A stretch of DNA of 64,000 bases from an uncultured Actinomycetota bacterium. GTDB taxonomy: Bacteria; Actinomycetota; Actinomycetes; Actinomycetales; Microbacteriaceae. Below are positions 31,846 through 40,630 of the stretch, piece after piece; positions within the stretch are counted from its first letter, which is position 1; every line of letters starts with the position of its first letter. Position numbers and translations under genes: made by a program. The notes beneath the pieces are model-generated. The model was not told the origin of the DNA. It searched no databases and saw only the letters and a program-made list of their open reading frames with translations. The stretch lies in the NCBI GenBank assembly GCA_963734315.1, contig CAVTGP010000006.1, positions 9,338 to 73,337 on the forward strand. The letters are read 5' to 3'.

Positions 31846-33378
31846 ATGGCGAGTTTCATCCTGAGACGTCTCCTTGTCTCAGTGCTCATCATCATCGCCG
31901 CTTCGTTCCTGATGTACATGCTGGTCGCGTACAGCGCCGACCCGCTCCAGGATCTGCGAAGCAGCAATTCCCCCAACAAGACGCAGCTCATCAACGCGCG
32001 CATCCAGCTCCTCCAGCTCGACGTCGTCCCGCCGTTGCGGTGGCTGCTCTGGCTCGGAGGCGCCGCCAAGTGCCTCATCCCGTTCGCCAACTCGTGCGAC
32101 CTCGGATCGACCATCTCGAACGCGGAGGTGGTGGACATCCTCCCGCAGGCGCTCGGCTCGACCGTCCAGCTGGTCACGGTCGCCCTCATCCTCGCGATCC
32201 TCCTCGGTGTCACCATCGGAATCGTCACCGCCCTGCGGCAGTACAGCGGACTCGACAATGTCGTCACGTTCCTGAGCTTCTTCCTGTACTCCCTCCCGGC
32301 GTTCCTCGTGGCCGTGCTCCTCAAGGAGTTCGTCGCCATCGGGTTCAACAACTTCCTCGCGAACCCGACGATCCCCTGGTGGCTCGCGGTGCTGATCGGG
32401 GTGGTGGCCGGACTCATCTGGCAGTCGCTCATCGGCGGCGACATGCGGCGCCGCGGTATCACGTTCGCCGTCTCCGGCGTCGCGACCGCGGGCGTCCTGC
32501 TGCTGATGAGCGCGACCAACTGGTTCCTGCACCCGGGCCTCGGGCCGGTCGTGATGATCATCCTGATCGCCGGCACCGTGATCGGCGCGACCGCGCTGAC
32601 CGCGGGCCTGCAGAGCCGCCGCGCGCTGATCTCCGCGAGCGTCGCCGGCGCTATCGCGCTGATCTGCTACTTCGGACTGCAGTGGCTGTTCGACATCTCC
32701 ACGCCGTCCACGATCGTCATCCTGGCAGTCGTCGCGATCCTCGTGAGCATCGGCATCGGCTGGCTCGTGGGAGGCTACGACCGCGGCCAGAACATGCGTG
32801 TCGCCGTCATCGTCACGATCGTGTCGGGTTTCCTCATCGTGGTCGACCGTTTCATGCAGGCGTGGCCGACGTACTTCCAGGACACCAACGGCCGCCCGAT
32901 CGCGACCGTCGGCTCGTCCACTCCGGGCCTCGAAGGCGACATGTGGGTGACAGGTCTCGACACCTTCACGCACCTCGTGCTGCCGACGATCGCGCTGCTG
33001 CTGATCTCTTTCGCGTCGTACACCCGTTACTCGCGAGCCGGCATGCTCGAGGTCCTCAACCAGGACTTCATCCGCACCGCGCGGGCCAAGGGCCTCCCGG
33101 AGCGGACCGTCGTGGTGCGGCACGCGTTCCGGAACATGCTCATCCCGATCACGACACTGGTGGCGTTCGACGTCGGCGCACTCCTCGGTGGCGCGATCAT
33201 CACGGAGAAGGTGTTCGCCATCCCCGGCATGGGTTCGCTGTTCTACGCGGGCCTGTTCCGCGGTGACCTCAACCCCGTCATGGCGTACTTCGTCGTGATC
33301 GCGATCATGGCCATCCTGTTCAACTTCCTGGCAGACCTGGCCTATGCCGCGCTCGACCCGAGAGTGAGGGTCCGCTGA
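31846..33378 (+). CDS. Peptide ABC permease (DppB/OppB type) with a large TM insertion
   Basis: FILRRLL; DLGST; HLVLP; QDFIRTARAKGL; HAFRN; GAIITEKVF.IPG; DLAYAALDPRVR. About 510 aa against roughly 320 aa typical. Confidence 0.9.
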   Translation: MASFILRRLLVSVLIIIAASFLMYMLVAYSADPLQDLRSSNSPNKTQLINARIQLLQLDVVPPLRWLLWLGGAAKCLIPFANSCDLGSTISNAEVVDILPQALGSTVQLVTVALILAILLGVTIGIVTALRQYSGLDNVVTFLSFFLYSLPAFLVAVLLKEFVAIGFNNFLANPTIPWWLAVLIGVVAGLIWQSLIGGDMRRRGITFAVSGVATAGVLLLMSATNWFLHPGLGPVVMIILIAGTVIGATALTAGLQSRRALISASVAGAIALICYFGLQWLFDISTPSTIVILAVVAILVSIGIGWLVGGYDRGQNMRVAVIVTIVSGFLIVVDRFMQAWPTYFQDTNGRPIATVGSSTPGLEGDMWVTGLDTFTHLVLPTIALLLISFASYTRYSRAGMLEVLNQDFIRTARAKGLPERTVVVRHAFRNMLIPITTLVAFDVGALLGGAIITEKVFAIPGMGSLFYAGLFRGDLNPVMAYFVVIAIMAILFNFLADLAYAALDPRVRVR

Positions 33379-34391
33379 TGTCGACCACCGAACCGATGAT
33401 CGCCGACGAGCTGCAGGAGCCGAGCTCCCCGCCCGTCAGCCAGGGCAGGCTGATCTGGAAGCGCTTCCTCTCGAACAAGGTCGCCGTCGCCAGCGCCATC
33501 CTGTTCATCCTCATCGTGCTGTTCTCCATCTCCGCGATCGGGATCGGCCCGATCCACGGCTGGTGGAAGTACGACTTCAAAGAGCTCAACGATCAGGTCA
33601 ACCAGGGCGCTCCGAGCGCCGAGCACCCGTTCGGGCAGGACCGCATCGGCAAGGACTACTTCGCCCTGACGATGCGCGGTATCCAGAACTCCGTCCTGGT
33701 GATGATCGTGCTCGGCGTGATCGCGAGCGTCGTTGGCGTCGTGGTCGGCGCCATCGCGGGGTACTTCCGCGGTGTGGTCGACGCGATCCTGATGCGCATC
33801 ACCGACGTCTTCATCGTGATCCCGGCGCTGGTCATCGGCTCCGTCGTCGGCCACATGTTCGGAGGCCTCGGCGCGTTCTTCCTCGCCCTGATGCTCGGGT
33901 TCTTCTCGTGGATGGGCATCGCGCGTCTGGTGCGTGGAGAGTTCCTGTCGCTGCGCGAGCGCGAGTTCGTCGAAGCGGCCCGGGTGGCCGGCGCGTCGGA
34001 CATGCGCATTATCTTCAAACACATCCTCCCGAACGCCATCGGCGTCGTGATCGTGTCCTCCACGCTGATCATGGCCTCGGCCATCCTGCTCGAGACCGCG
34101 CTGTCGTTCCTCGGCTTCGGCATCCGGCCGCCGGATGTCTCGCTCGGCCTCCTGATCAGCTCGAACGAGTCCGCGTTCCAGACCCGTCCGTGGCTGTTCT
34201 GGTGGCCTGGTGCGTTCATCGTGACGCTCGCCCTGCTGGTCAACTTCGTCGGCGACGGTCTGCGTGACGCGTTCGACCCGCGCCACCGCCGCTTCAACCT
34301 GCGCAAGATGCGCGAGCAGGAGCCGGAGGACGGCGAGGGCGACGAGTTCGGACCCCGGACGGGCGTGGCCCTCGCGGAGGACGTGCTGTGA
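33378..34391 (+). CDS. Peptide ABC permease (DppC/OppC type)
   Basis: HPFGQDRIGKD; REFVEAARVAGA; HILPN; ETALSFLGFG; GDGLRDAFDPR. Confidence 0.93.
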   Translation: MSTTEPMIADELQEPSSPPVSQGRLIWKRFLSNKVAVASAILFILIVLFSISAIGIGPIHGWWKYDFKELNDQVNQGAPSAEHPFGQDRIGKDYFALTMRGIQNSVLVMIVLGVIASVVGVVVGAIAGYFRGVVDAILMRITDVFIVIPALVIGSVVGHMFGGLGAFFLALMLGFFSWMGIARLVRGEFLSLREREFVEAARVAGASDMRIIFKHILPNAIGVVIVSSTLIMASAILLETALSFLGFGIRPPDVSLGLLISSNESAFQTRPWLFWWPGAFIVTLALLVNFVGDGLRDAFDPRHRRFNLRKMREQEPEDGEGDEFGPRTGVALAEDVL

Positions 34392-34435
34392 CATCCGCCC
34401 GCGCGGCGCTGCTGGTGGCCCCGGGTTCTCCGGGG

Positions 34436-35062
34436 TCAGGCCGCCAGCAGCGCGGCGACAGTGCCGGCCGTGAGCACGACCAGCGTCGCCGACGTGGCGA
34501 TGTGCCAGCGGACCGACACGGGCGTCTCGTCCGCCAGGCCGCTGTCGATCGCGCCGCTCTGCTGGAGCTGAGCCCAGCGGCGGCGGACGATCTCGGCGGC
34601 GGCGCCCGACTCGGTGGACAGCAGGTCGCCAGGGCGACGCACGCTGTCCGCGACGTTCGGCCTGCCGACGCGGCCCTTGGTCTCCTGGCGGGTGGCGCGC
34701 AGCGTGCGCGCCGTTCCGGGAGCGGGCGCGGACCACACCGGGAACGTGCGGCCGGGCGTGTACAGCGTGAGCGCGTACTTGGTGTCCACGTGGATGAGCG
34801 CCTGCCACGGGATGCGGATGGTGCGCGTGACGTTGACCACCTCGATGCCGTCGTCGGCGACCGTGAGGCTCGGACGCCAGAGCACCGCCCAGCCCACGAA
34901 GGCGAAAAGGGCGCACGGCACCGCGTAGAGCAGGCGTGCATCGTGCACGCTCACCAGAAGGCCGACGATCAGGGCAGCAGCCGCCGCCCAGATCAGCACG
35001 GCAAGGACCCGGTTGAACCGGGACACGAAAACCTCGCGCTCGGCGGGGGAGACGTAGGGCAT
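34436..35062 (-). CDS. Membrane protein with a bacterial PH-like domain (bPH_6-like)
   Basis: Two N-terminal TM helices; WRPSLTV..DGIEVVN..RT.RIPW pattern; C-terminal TM; GC-rich third codon positions on the minus strand. Confidence 0.7.
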   Translation of the reverse strand: MPYVSPAEREVFVSRFNRVLAVLIWAAAAALIVGLLVSVHDARLLYAVPCALFAFVGWAVLWRPSLTVADDGIEVVNVTRTIRIPWQALIHVDTKYALTLYTPGRTFPVWSAPAPGTARTLRATRQETKGRVGRPNVADSVRRPGDLLSTESGAAAEIVRRRWAQLQQSGAIDSGLADETPVSVRWHIATSATLVVLTAGTVAALLAA

Positions 35063-35130
35063 GGCTCCATGCTCTCATCCCGCACTGTCTCCGCCTCGCC
35101 CGAGCGCGCCCCCGAAAGGAACCACGAATC

Positions 35131-36987
35131 ATGACCGAGAACACCACCGGTGGGGCCGGGGTCGTCGTCGGCGCTCCCGTGCTGGAGGTCACCGACCTGT
35201 CCGTCGACTTCGGCGTGGACAGCGTCTGGGTGCCCGCGGCGAACAAGCTGAACTACTCGATCAAGGCGGGTGAGGTGCTCGCCATCGTCGGCGAGTCCGG
35301 CTCCGGCAAGAGCGCGAGCTCGATGGCGATCCTCGACCTCCTGCCGCAGAACTCGCGCGTTCAGGGTTCGATCAAACTGGAGGGCCGCGAGCTCACCGGG
35401 CTGACCCCGCCGCAGATGCGCCGTGTGCGCGGACGCCAGGTCGCCGTGATCTTCCAGGAGCCGATGACGGCGCTCAACCCGGTCTACACGGTCGGCTTCC
35501 AGATCATCGAGACGCTGCGCATCCACTTCGGGATGTCGCCGCACGAGGCGAAGGGGCGCGCGCTCGAACTGCTCGAGATGGTCGAGCTGCCCGACCCCGT
35601 GAAGGCGTTCAACTCGTACCCGCACCAGCTCTCGGGCGGCCAGCGCCAGCGCGCCATGATCGCGCAGTCGATCTCGTGCGACCCGAAGCTGCTCATCGCT
35701 GACGAGCCGACCACCGCGCTCGACGTGACGGTGCAGGCCGAGATCCTGGAGCTGATCCGCAGCCTGCGCGACCGCCTCGACAGCGCGATCCTGCTCATCA
35801 CCCACGACATGGGCGTCGTCGCCGACCTGGCCGACAACATCGTGGTGATGCGCAAGGGCGACATCGTGGAGTCGGGGACGGTCAAGGAGGTCTTCGACGC
35901 CCCCAAGCACCCGTACACGATCGCCCTCCTCGAGGCCGTGCCGCACCTGGGCCAGCGCGAGGACGAGGAGATCGACACGACCGCCGCCCTCGCCGCGGGA
36001 ACCGAGAACCCGGACGCCGAGTTCGCCGAGCGCATCCGGGTCAACGAGCGCATCGCCGCCGCCGAGCACGAGAAGGCGGAGATGGACAAGCGGAGGGTCG
36101 TCGTCGACTTCGAGAAGGTCGCGATCGAGTACCCGAAGCACGGCCGGGTGCCGGCGTTCCGGGCCGCGACCGACATCGACCTGACGATCCACGAGGGCGA
36201 GGTCGTCGGTCTGGTGGGCGAGTCGGGCTCCGGCAAGACCACGCTCGGCCGCGCCGCGATCGGCCTGCTGCCCATCCACTCCGGCAAGCTCGTCGTCGCC
36301 GGGCAGGACATCAGCCGTGCGGGCCGCGACGAGATCCGGAAGCTGCACCGCAACGTCGGCATCGTGTTCCAGGACCCGTCGTCGTCGCTCAACCCGCGCC
36401 TCCAGATCGCCGACTCCATCGCTGAGCCGCTCCGCCTGGCGAAAGGGCTCAAAGGCCAGGCGCTGGCCACGGAGGTCGACCGGCTTCTCGACAGCGTCGA
36501 GCTGCCACGTGCTTACCGCAGCCGGTTCCCTCACGAGCTCTCGGGTGGACAGAAGCAGCGCGTCGGCATCGCCCGCGCCCTGTCGCTGAAGCCGCAGGTG
36601 CTCATCGCGGACGAGCCGACGAGCGCGCTCGACGTCTCGGTGCAGGCACGGGTTCTGGAGCTGATGCAGCAGCTGCAGAAAGAGATGAACTTCGCATGCC
36701 TGTTCATCACGCATGACCTCGCCGTCATCGACGTGCTGGCGGACCGCATCGCGGTGATGCACCACGGCAACCTGATCGAGGTCGGGACCCGCGACGAGAT
36801 CCTGCGCTACCCGAAGGAGGCTTACACGCAGCGCCTCCTCGCCGCCGTGCCGCTGCCCGATCCGGAGCAGCAGCGCGCCCGCCGCGCCCTGCGCCTGGAG
36901 CTGCTCGCCGCGGGTTCCGACGAGGTCGTGCCGGTCAACGAGGGCCTGCCCCAGCAGCCGGAGCCGCCGGTGGCCCAGGGGCTGTAA
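35131..36987 (+). CDS. Peptide ABC ATP-binding protein (fused DppD-DppF)
   Basis: Two Walker A motifs (GESGSGKS/T); two LSGGQ signatures; two ADEPT motifs; HPYT. Confidence 0.95.
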   Translation: MTENTTGGAGVVVGAPVLEVTDLSVDFGVDSVWVPAANKLNYSIKAGEVLAIVGESGSGKSASSMAILDLLPQNSRVQGSIKLEGRELTGLTPPQMRRVRGRQVAVIFQEPMTALNPVYTVGFQIIETLRIHFGMSPHEAKGRALELLEMVELPDPVKAFNSYPHQLSGGQRQRAMIAQSISCDPKLLIADEPTTALDVTVQAEILELIRSLRDRLDSAILLITHDMGVVADLADNIVVMRKGDIVESGTVKEVFDAPKHPYTIALLEAVPHLGQREDEEIDTTAALAAGTENPDAEFAERIRVNERIAAAEHEKAEMDKRRVVVDFEKVAIEYPKHGRVPAFRAATDIDLTIHEGEVVGLVGESGSGKTTLGRAAIGLLPIHSGKLVVAGQDISRAGRDEIRKLHRNVGIVFQDPSSSLNPRLQIADSIAEPLRLAKGLKGQALATEVDRLLDSVELPRAYRSRFPHELSGGQKQRVGIARALSLKPQVLIADEPTSALDVSVQARVLELMQQLQKEMNFACLFITHDLAVIDVLADRIAVMHHGNLIEVGTRDEILRYPKEAYTQRLLAAVPLPDPEQQRARRALRLELLAAGSDEVVPVNEGLPQQPEPPVAQGL

Positions 36988-37003
36988 CTCCGCCGGACCA
37001 TGT

Positions 37004-37036
37004 CAGAGGGCCGTACCCGTGGGGTACGGCCCTCTG
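37004..37036 (+). terminator. Intrinsic terminator-like hairpin
   Basis: Perfect 15-bp stem CAGAGGGCCGTACCC / GGGTACGGCCCTCTG just after the ATPase stop. Confidence 0.75.
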
Positions 37037-37103
37037 CCGTTCGCGCATGTTCGCTCGCCAAGAATCTGAAATCCAGACACAGAAATTTGCGCTCGACCCT
37101 CTC

Positions 37104-37131
37104 TTGACCCTAGTGTCTTGATTCGTACTGT
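37104..37131 (+). promoter_or_regulatory. Putative promoter of the second peptide ABC operon
   Basis: TTGACC-N16-TACTGT. Confidence 0.45.
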
Positions 37132-37184
37132 GCGACCCGGGCATCCCCGGCGCTCGCACAGCGTGATCCGGAGGGAAGGCAGCC

Positions 37185-38807
37185 GTGTCCACCAGGCTCC
37201 TGAAGATGAAGTCCGCTGTCTTGGCTCTGGCCGGCGCTCTCGCGCTCACCGCCTGTGCGGGAGTCGATTCCTCGCCGAAGGCGACGACGGATCCCTCCGC
37301 GATCGTCTCGCTGAACGGGTCGGAACCGCAGAAGCCGCTCATTCCGACCGACACGAACGAGGCCGGCGGTCGCAGAATCGTCGACGCCGTGTTCGCGGGG
37401 CTGCTCACGTACAGCGCCGACGGCCGGCCGGTCAACGACGTCGCCGAGTCGATCACGACGGACGATTCCCAGCACTTCGTCGTCACGATCGCGGGCGATC
37501 GCGTTTTCAGCAACGGCGAGCCGGTCACGGCACGGTCGTTCGTCGACGCATGGAATTTCGGGGCGAGAAGGAGCAACGCGCAGCTGACGGCATCGTTCTT
37601 CGCAGACATCCGTGGATTCTCCTATGAGGAGGACACCGAACTCACCGGTCTGAAGGTCGTCAGCGACACGCGGTTCACGATCGACCTCTCCGCGCCCGTC
37701 TCCGACTTCCCGCTGCGTCTCGGGCACTCGGCCTTCTTCCCGATGCCGGCGGTCGCCTACGCCGACATGGAGGCATTCGGTGCGAAGCCGATCGGAAACG
37801 GTCCGTACAAGCTCGCCGCCGCGAACGCGTGGAAGCACGATGAGAGCATCGAGCTGGTCGCGAACCCCTCCTACGCGGGGCCGCGCGTTCCGAAGAACGG
37901 CGGCCTCCGGTTCGTCTTCTACGCGTCCTACGATGCCGCGTACGCGGATCTGCTGTCCGGTACGCTCGACGTCCTCGACACCATTCCCGATTCCGAGATC
38001 GCGTCGTACCAGGACGACCTCGACGGTCGCGGCGTCAACCAGCGGTCGGCGGGGTTCCAGGCGTTCGGCGTCCCCGAGTCGCTCGAGCACTTCAGCGGCG
38101 AGGAGGGGCGACTGCGTCGTCAGGCCATCTCGCTGGCGATCGACCGCGTCGAGATCACCACGGTGATCTACAAGGGAACCCGCGTCCCCGCGAAGGACTT
38201 CTCATCGCCCACGACGGACGGCTGGTCCGCGACCCTCCCTGGGTCCGAGGTCCTCGAGCACGACCCGAAGAAGGCAAAGCGGCTCTGGGCTGAGGCCGAC
38301 AGGATGTCCCCGTGGACCGGAACGTTCCGGATCGCCTACAACGCCGACGGCGACCACAGAGACTGGGTCGACGCGGTGTCGAACAGCATCAAGAGCACAC
38401 TGGGGATCGACGCGGCGGGTGATCCCGTGCCGACGCTCGGCCAGTTCCGTACCGCTCTCGTCGCGAAGTCGATCGAGTCCGCGTTCCGGTTCGGCCTCCG
38501 GGGCGACTACCCCGGCGTGCAGAACTACCTCGGTCCGATCTACGGAACGCACGCGGCGTACAACGACACCGGCTACTCCAACCCCGAATTCGACGCGCTG
38601 ATCGAGAAGGGCCTCGCGCGAACCGACGTCGCCGATGCGAACGCCGACTTCGACGCGGCTCAGGAGGTACTCCTGAACGACCTTCCCGCAATACCGCTCT
38701 GGTATGAGAACGTCACCGGAGGCTTCGGAGAGTCGGTGCAGCAAGTGACGTTCGCCTGGAACGCCTTCCCCGTCGTCGACCAGATCACTAAGACCTCCAC
38801 CCGATAG
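37185..38807 (+). CDS. Oligo/dipeptide ABC substrate-binding lipoprotein (OppA/DppA-like)
   Basis: Lipobox LTAC; SEPQKPLIP; FSNGEPVTA; PIGNGPY; RQAISLAIDR; LPAIPLWY. Confidence 0.9.
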   Translation: MSTRLLKMKSAVLALAGALALTACAGVDSSPKATTDPSAIVSLNGSEPQKPLIPTDTNEAGGRRIVDAVFAGLLTYSADGRPVNDVAESITTDDSQHFVVTIAGDRVFSNGEPVTARSFVDAWNFGARRSNAQLTASFFADIRGFSYEEDTELTGLKVVSDTRFTIDLSAPVSDFPLRLGHSAFFPMPAVAYADMEAFGAKPIGNGPYKLAAANAWKHDESIELVANPSYAGPRVPKNGGLRFVFYASYDAAYADLLSGTLDVLDTIPDSEIASYQDDLDGRGVNQRSAGFQAFGVPESLEHFSGEEGRLRRQAISLAIDRVEITTVIYKGTRVPAKDFSSPTTDGWSATLPGSEVLEHDPKKAKRLWAEADRMSPWTGTFRIAYNADGDHRDWVDAVSNSIKSTLGIDAAGDPVPTLGQFRTALVAKSIESAFRFGLRGDYPGVQNYLGPIYGTHAAYNDTGYSNPEFDALIEKGLARTDVADANADFDAAQEVLLNDLPAIPLWYENVTGGFGESVQQVTFAWNAFPVVDQITKTSTR

Positions 38808-38820
38808 CGGAGTCGCGGCG

Positions 38821-39750
38821 ATGATCCGCTTCATCGGCCTGCGCGTCCTTCAGGCGGTCCCCGTCCTCGTGGGGTCGACGCTCGTGATCTATGCACTGGT
38901 CTTCGCGCTGCCCGGCGATCCGATCATCGCGCTGTTCGGCGACCGCACGCCGGATCCTGCCGTGGCCGCCCGGCTTCGCGAGCAGTACCACCTGGACCAG
39001 CCCTTCATCATTCAGTACCTGCACTACCTCGGCGGGGTGGTCCGCGGAGACTTCGGAACGTCGTTCACGGGCGAGCCTGTCGGCGACATCCTCGCCCGCA
39101 CCTTCCCTGTCACGGTCCGGCTGGCCGCACTCGCGCTTCTCTTTGAGATCGCGGTCGGCGTCACCGTCGGCCTCATCGGCGGGTTGCGCGCGGGTGGCTC
39201 GTTCGACGCGAGCGTCCTCGTGGTGAGCCTTCTCGTGATGTCCGTCCCGGTCTTCGTCCTCGCGTTCGTGCTCCAGCACGTCTTCGGCGTCTGGCTCGGG
39301 TGGACGCGGCCGACGGTCGGACAGGGGGCGCCGATCCAGGACCTCCTCCTCCCGGCTGTGGCGCTGGCGGCGATCGGCACGGCCGAGGTCGCGCGGGTGA
39401 CCAGGGCGACCGTCGCCGATGCCGCCCGGATGGACTTCGTGCGTTTCGCGGCGGCCAAGGGCTTGAGTCGTGGCCGTGTCGCTGTCGTGCACGTGCTGCG
39501 CAATTCCCTCATCCCGGTGGTCACGCTACTCGGGGCGAACTTCGGGACGATGCTCGCCGGAGCGACGGTCGTCGAAGGGGTGTTCAACGTTCCAGGGGTG
39601 GGGCGGACGCTCTATCAGGCGATAATCCGCGGGGAGGGTCCGACGGTCGTGTCCCTCGTCACCGTCATGGTCGTCGTCTACCTTGTGGTCGGCCTGGTCG
39701 TCGACCTGCTGTACGCCGTCCTCGACCCGAGGATCCGCCATGCCTCATGA
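38821..39750 (+). CDS. Peptide ABC permease (DppB type)
   Basis: LPGDP; GDFGTSF; AAAKGL; HVLRNS; DLLYAVLDPRIR. Confidence 0.92.
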   Translation: MIRFIGLRVLQAVPVLVGSTLVIYALVFALPGDPIIALFGDRTPDPAVAARLREQYHLDQPFIIQYLHYLGGVVRGDFGTSFTGEPVGDILARTFPVTVRLAALALLFEIAVGVTVGLIGGLRAGGSFDASVLVVSLLVMSVPVFVLAFVLQHVFGVWLGWTRPTVGQGAPIQDLLLPAVALAAIGTAEVARVTRATVADAARMDFVRFAAAKGLSRGRVAVVHVLRNSLIPVVTLLGANFGTMLAGATVVEGVFNVPGVGRTLYQAIIRGEGPTVVSLVTVMVVVYLVVGLVVDLLYAVLDPRIRHAS

Positions 39751-40630
39751 CGTCATCGCACCGGCCGGCCGACCGGGCGCGGTCTGGAGAGACGCATGGC
39801 ACGACATGCGTCGCCGGCCGCTCTTCTGGGTCGCGGCGACGCTCCTCCTGCTGGTGGTCGCCATGGCGGTGGCCCCGGGGCTCTTCGCGCATGTCGCGCC
39901 GAACGACGGATGCCGGCTCGGCGACAGCAACGGCGCTCCGACCGCAGGTCATCCGCTCGGATTCACGAAACAGGGGTGCGATGTGTATGCCAGGATCGTG
40001 CATGGTGCGGGGGCCTCTCTCGCGGTCGGCGTCATCACCACGGCGATCACCGCGGCCGTCGGCATGGTCTTCGGCGGCTGTGCGGGATTCTTCGGCGGCT
40101 GGGTGGACGCCATGCTCTCCCGTCTCGGCGACATCGCCTTCTCCATCCCGGCCGTGCTCGCGGCCGTCACGGTCATGTCCGTGCTTGCGTCGTCCGCGAA
40201 CGTCTGGATCGTCTCACTGGCGATCGGCGCGTTCGCGTGGCCGGTGACCGCGCGTGTGCTCCGGGCCGAGATCCTCCGGGTGAAGACGGCCGAGTACGTT
40301 CTGGCCGCGGAGGCGCTCGGGTCGTCGCGGCGTCGCATCCTGCTGGGTCACATGCTCCCGAATGCACTGCCTCCCGTCCTCGTCGTGATCACGCAGTCGT
40401 TCGCCGGCGCGATCGTGGCGGAGGCGACACTGTCGTTTCTGGGCATCGGGCTGCCGAGCGATGTGATGTCGTGGGGGAACGACATCGGGCAGGCGCAGGG
40501 TGACCTGCGCACCGCGCCTCATGCCCTCGTCTTCCCGTCGCTCGCGTTGTCGGCGACCGTGCTGAGCCTCGTCGTCCTCGGCGAGGTGCTCCGGGACGCG
40601 TTCGACCCGAGAGCGGGGGCGGCCCGATGA
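39740..40630 (+). CDS. Peptide ABC permease (DppC type)
   Basis: HPLGFTKQGCDVYAR; EYVLAAEALG; EATLSFLGIG; LRDAFDPR. Confidence 0.92.
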   Translation: MPHDVIAPAGRPGAVWRDAWHDMRRRPLFWVAATLLLLVVAMAVAPGLFAHVAPNDGCRLGDSNGAPTAGHPLGFTKQGCDVYARIVHGAGASLAVGVITTAITAAVGMVFGGCAGFFGGWVDAMLSRLGDIAFSIPAVLAAVTVMSVLASSANVWIVSLAIGAFAWPVTARVLRAEILRVKTAEYVLAAEALGSSRRRILLGHMLPNALPPVLVVITQSFAGAIVAEATLSFLGIGLPSDVMSWGNDIGQAQGDLRTAPHALVFPSLALSATVLSLVVLGEVLRDAFDPRAGAAR

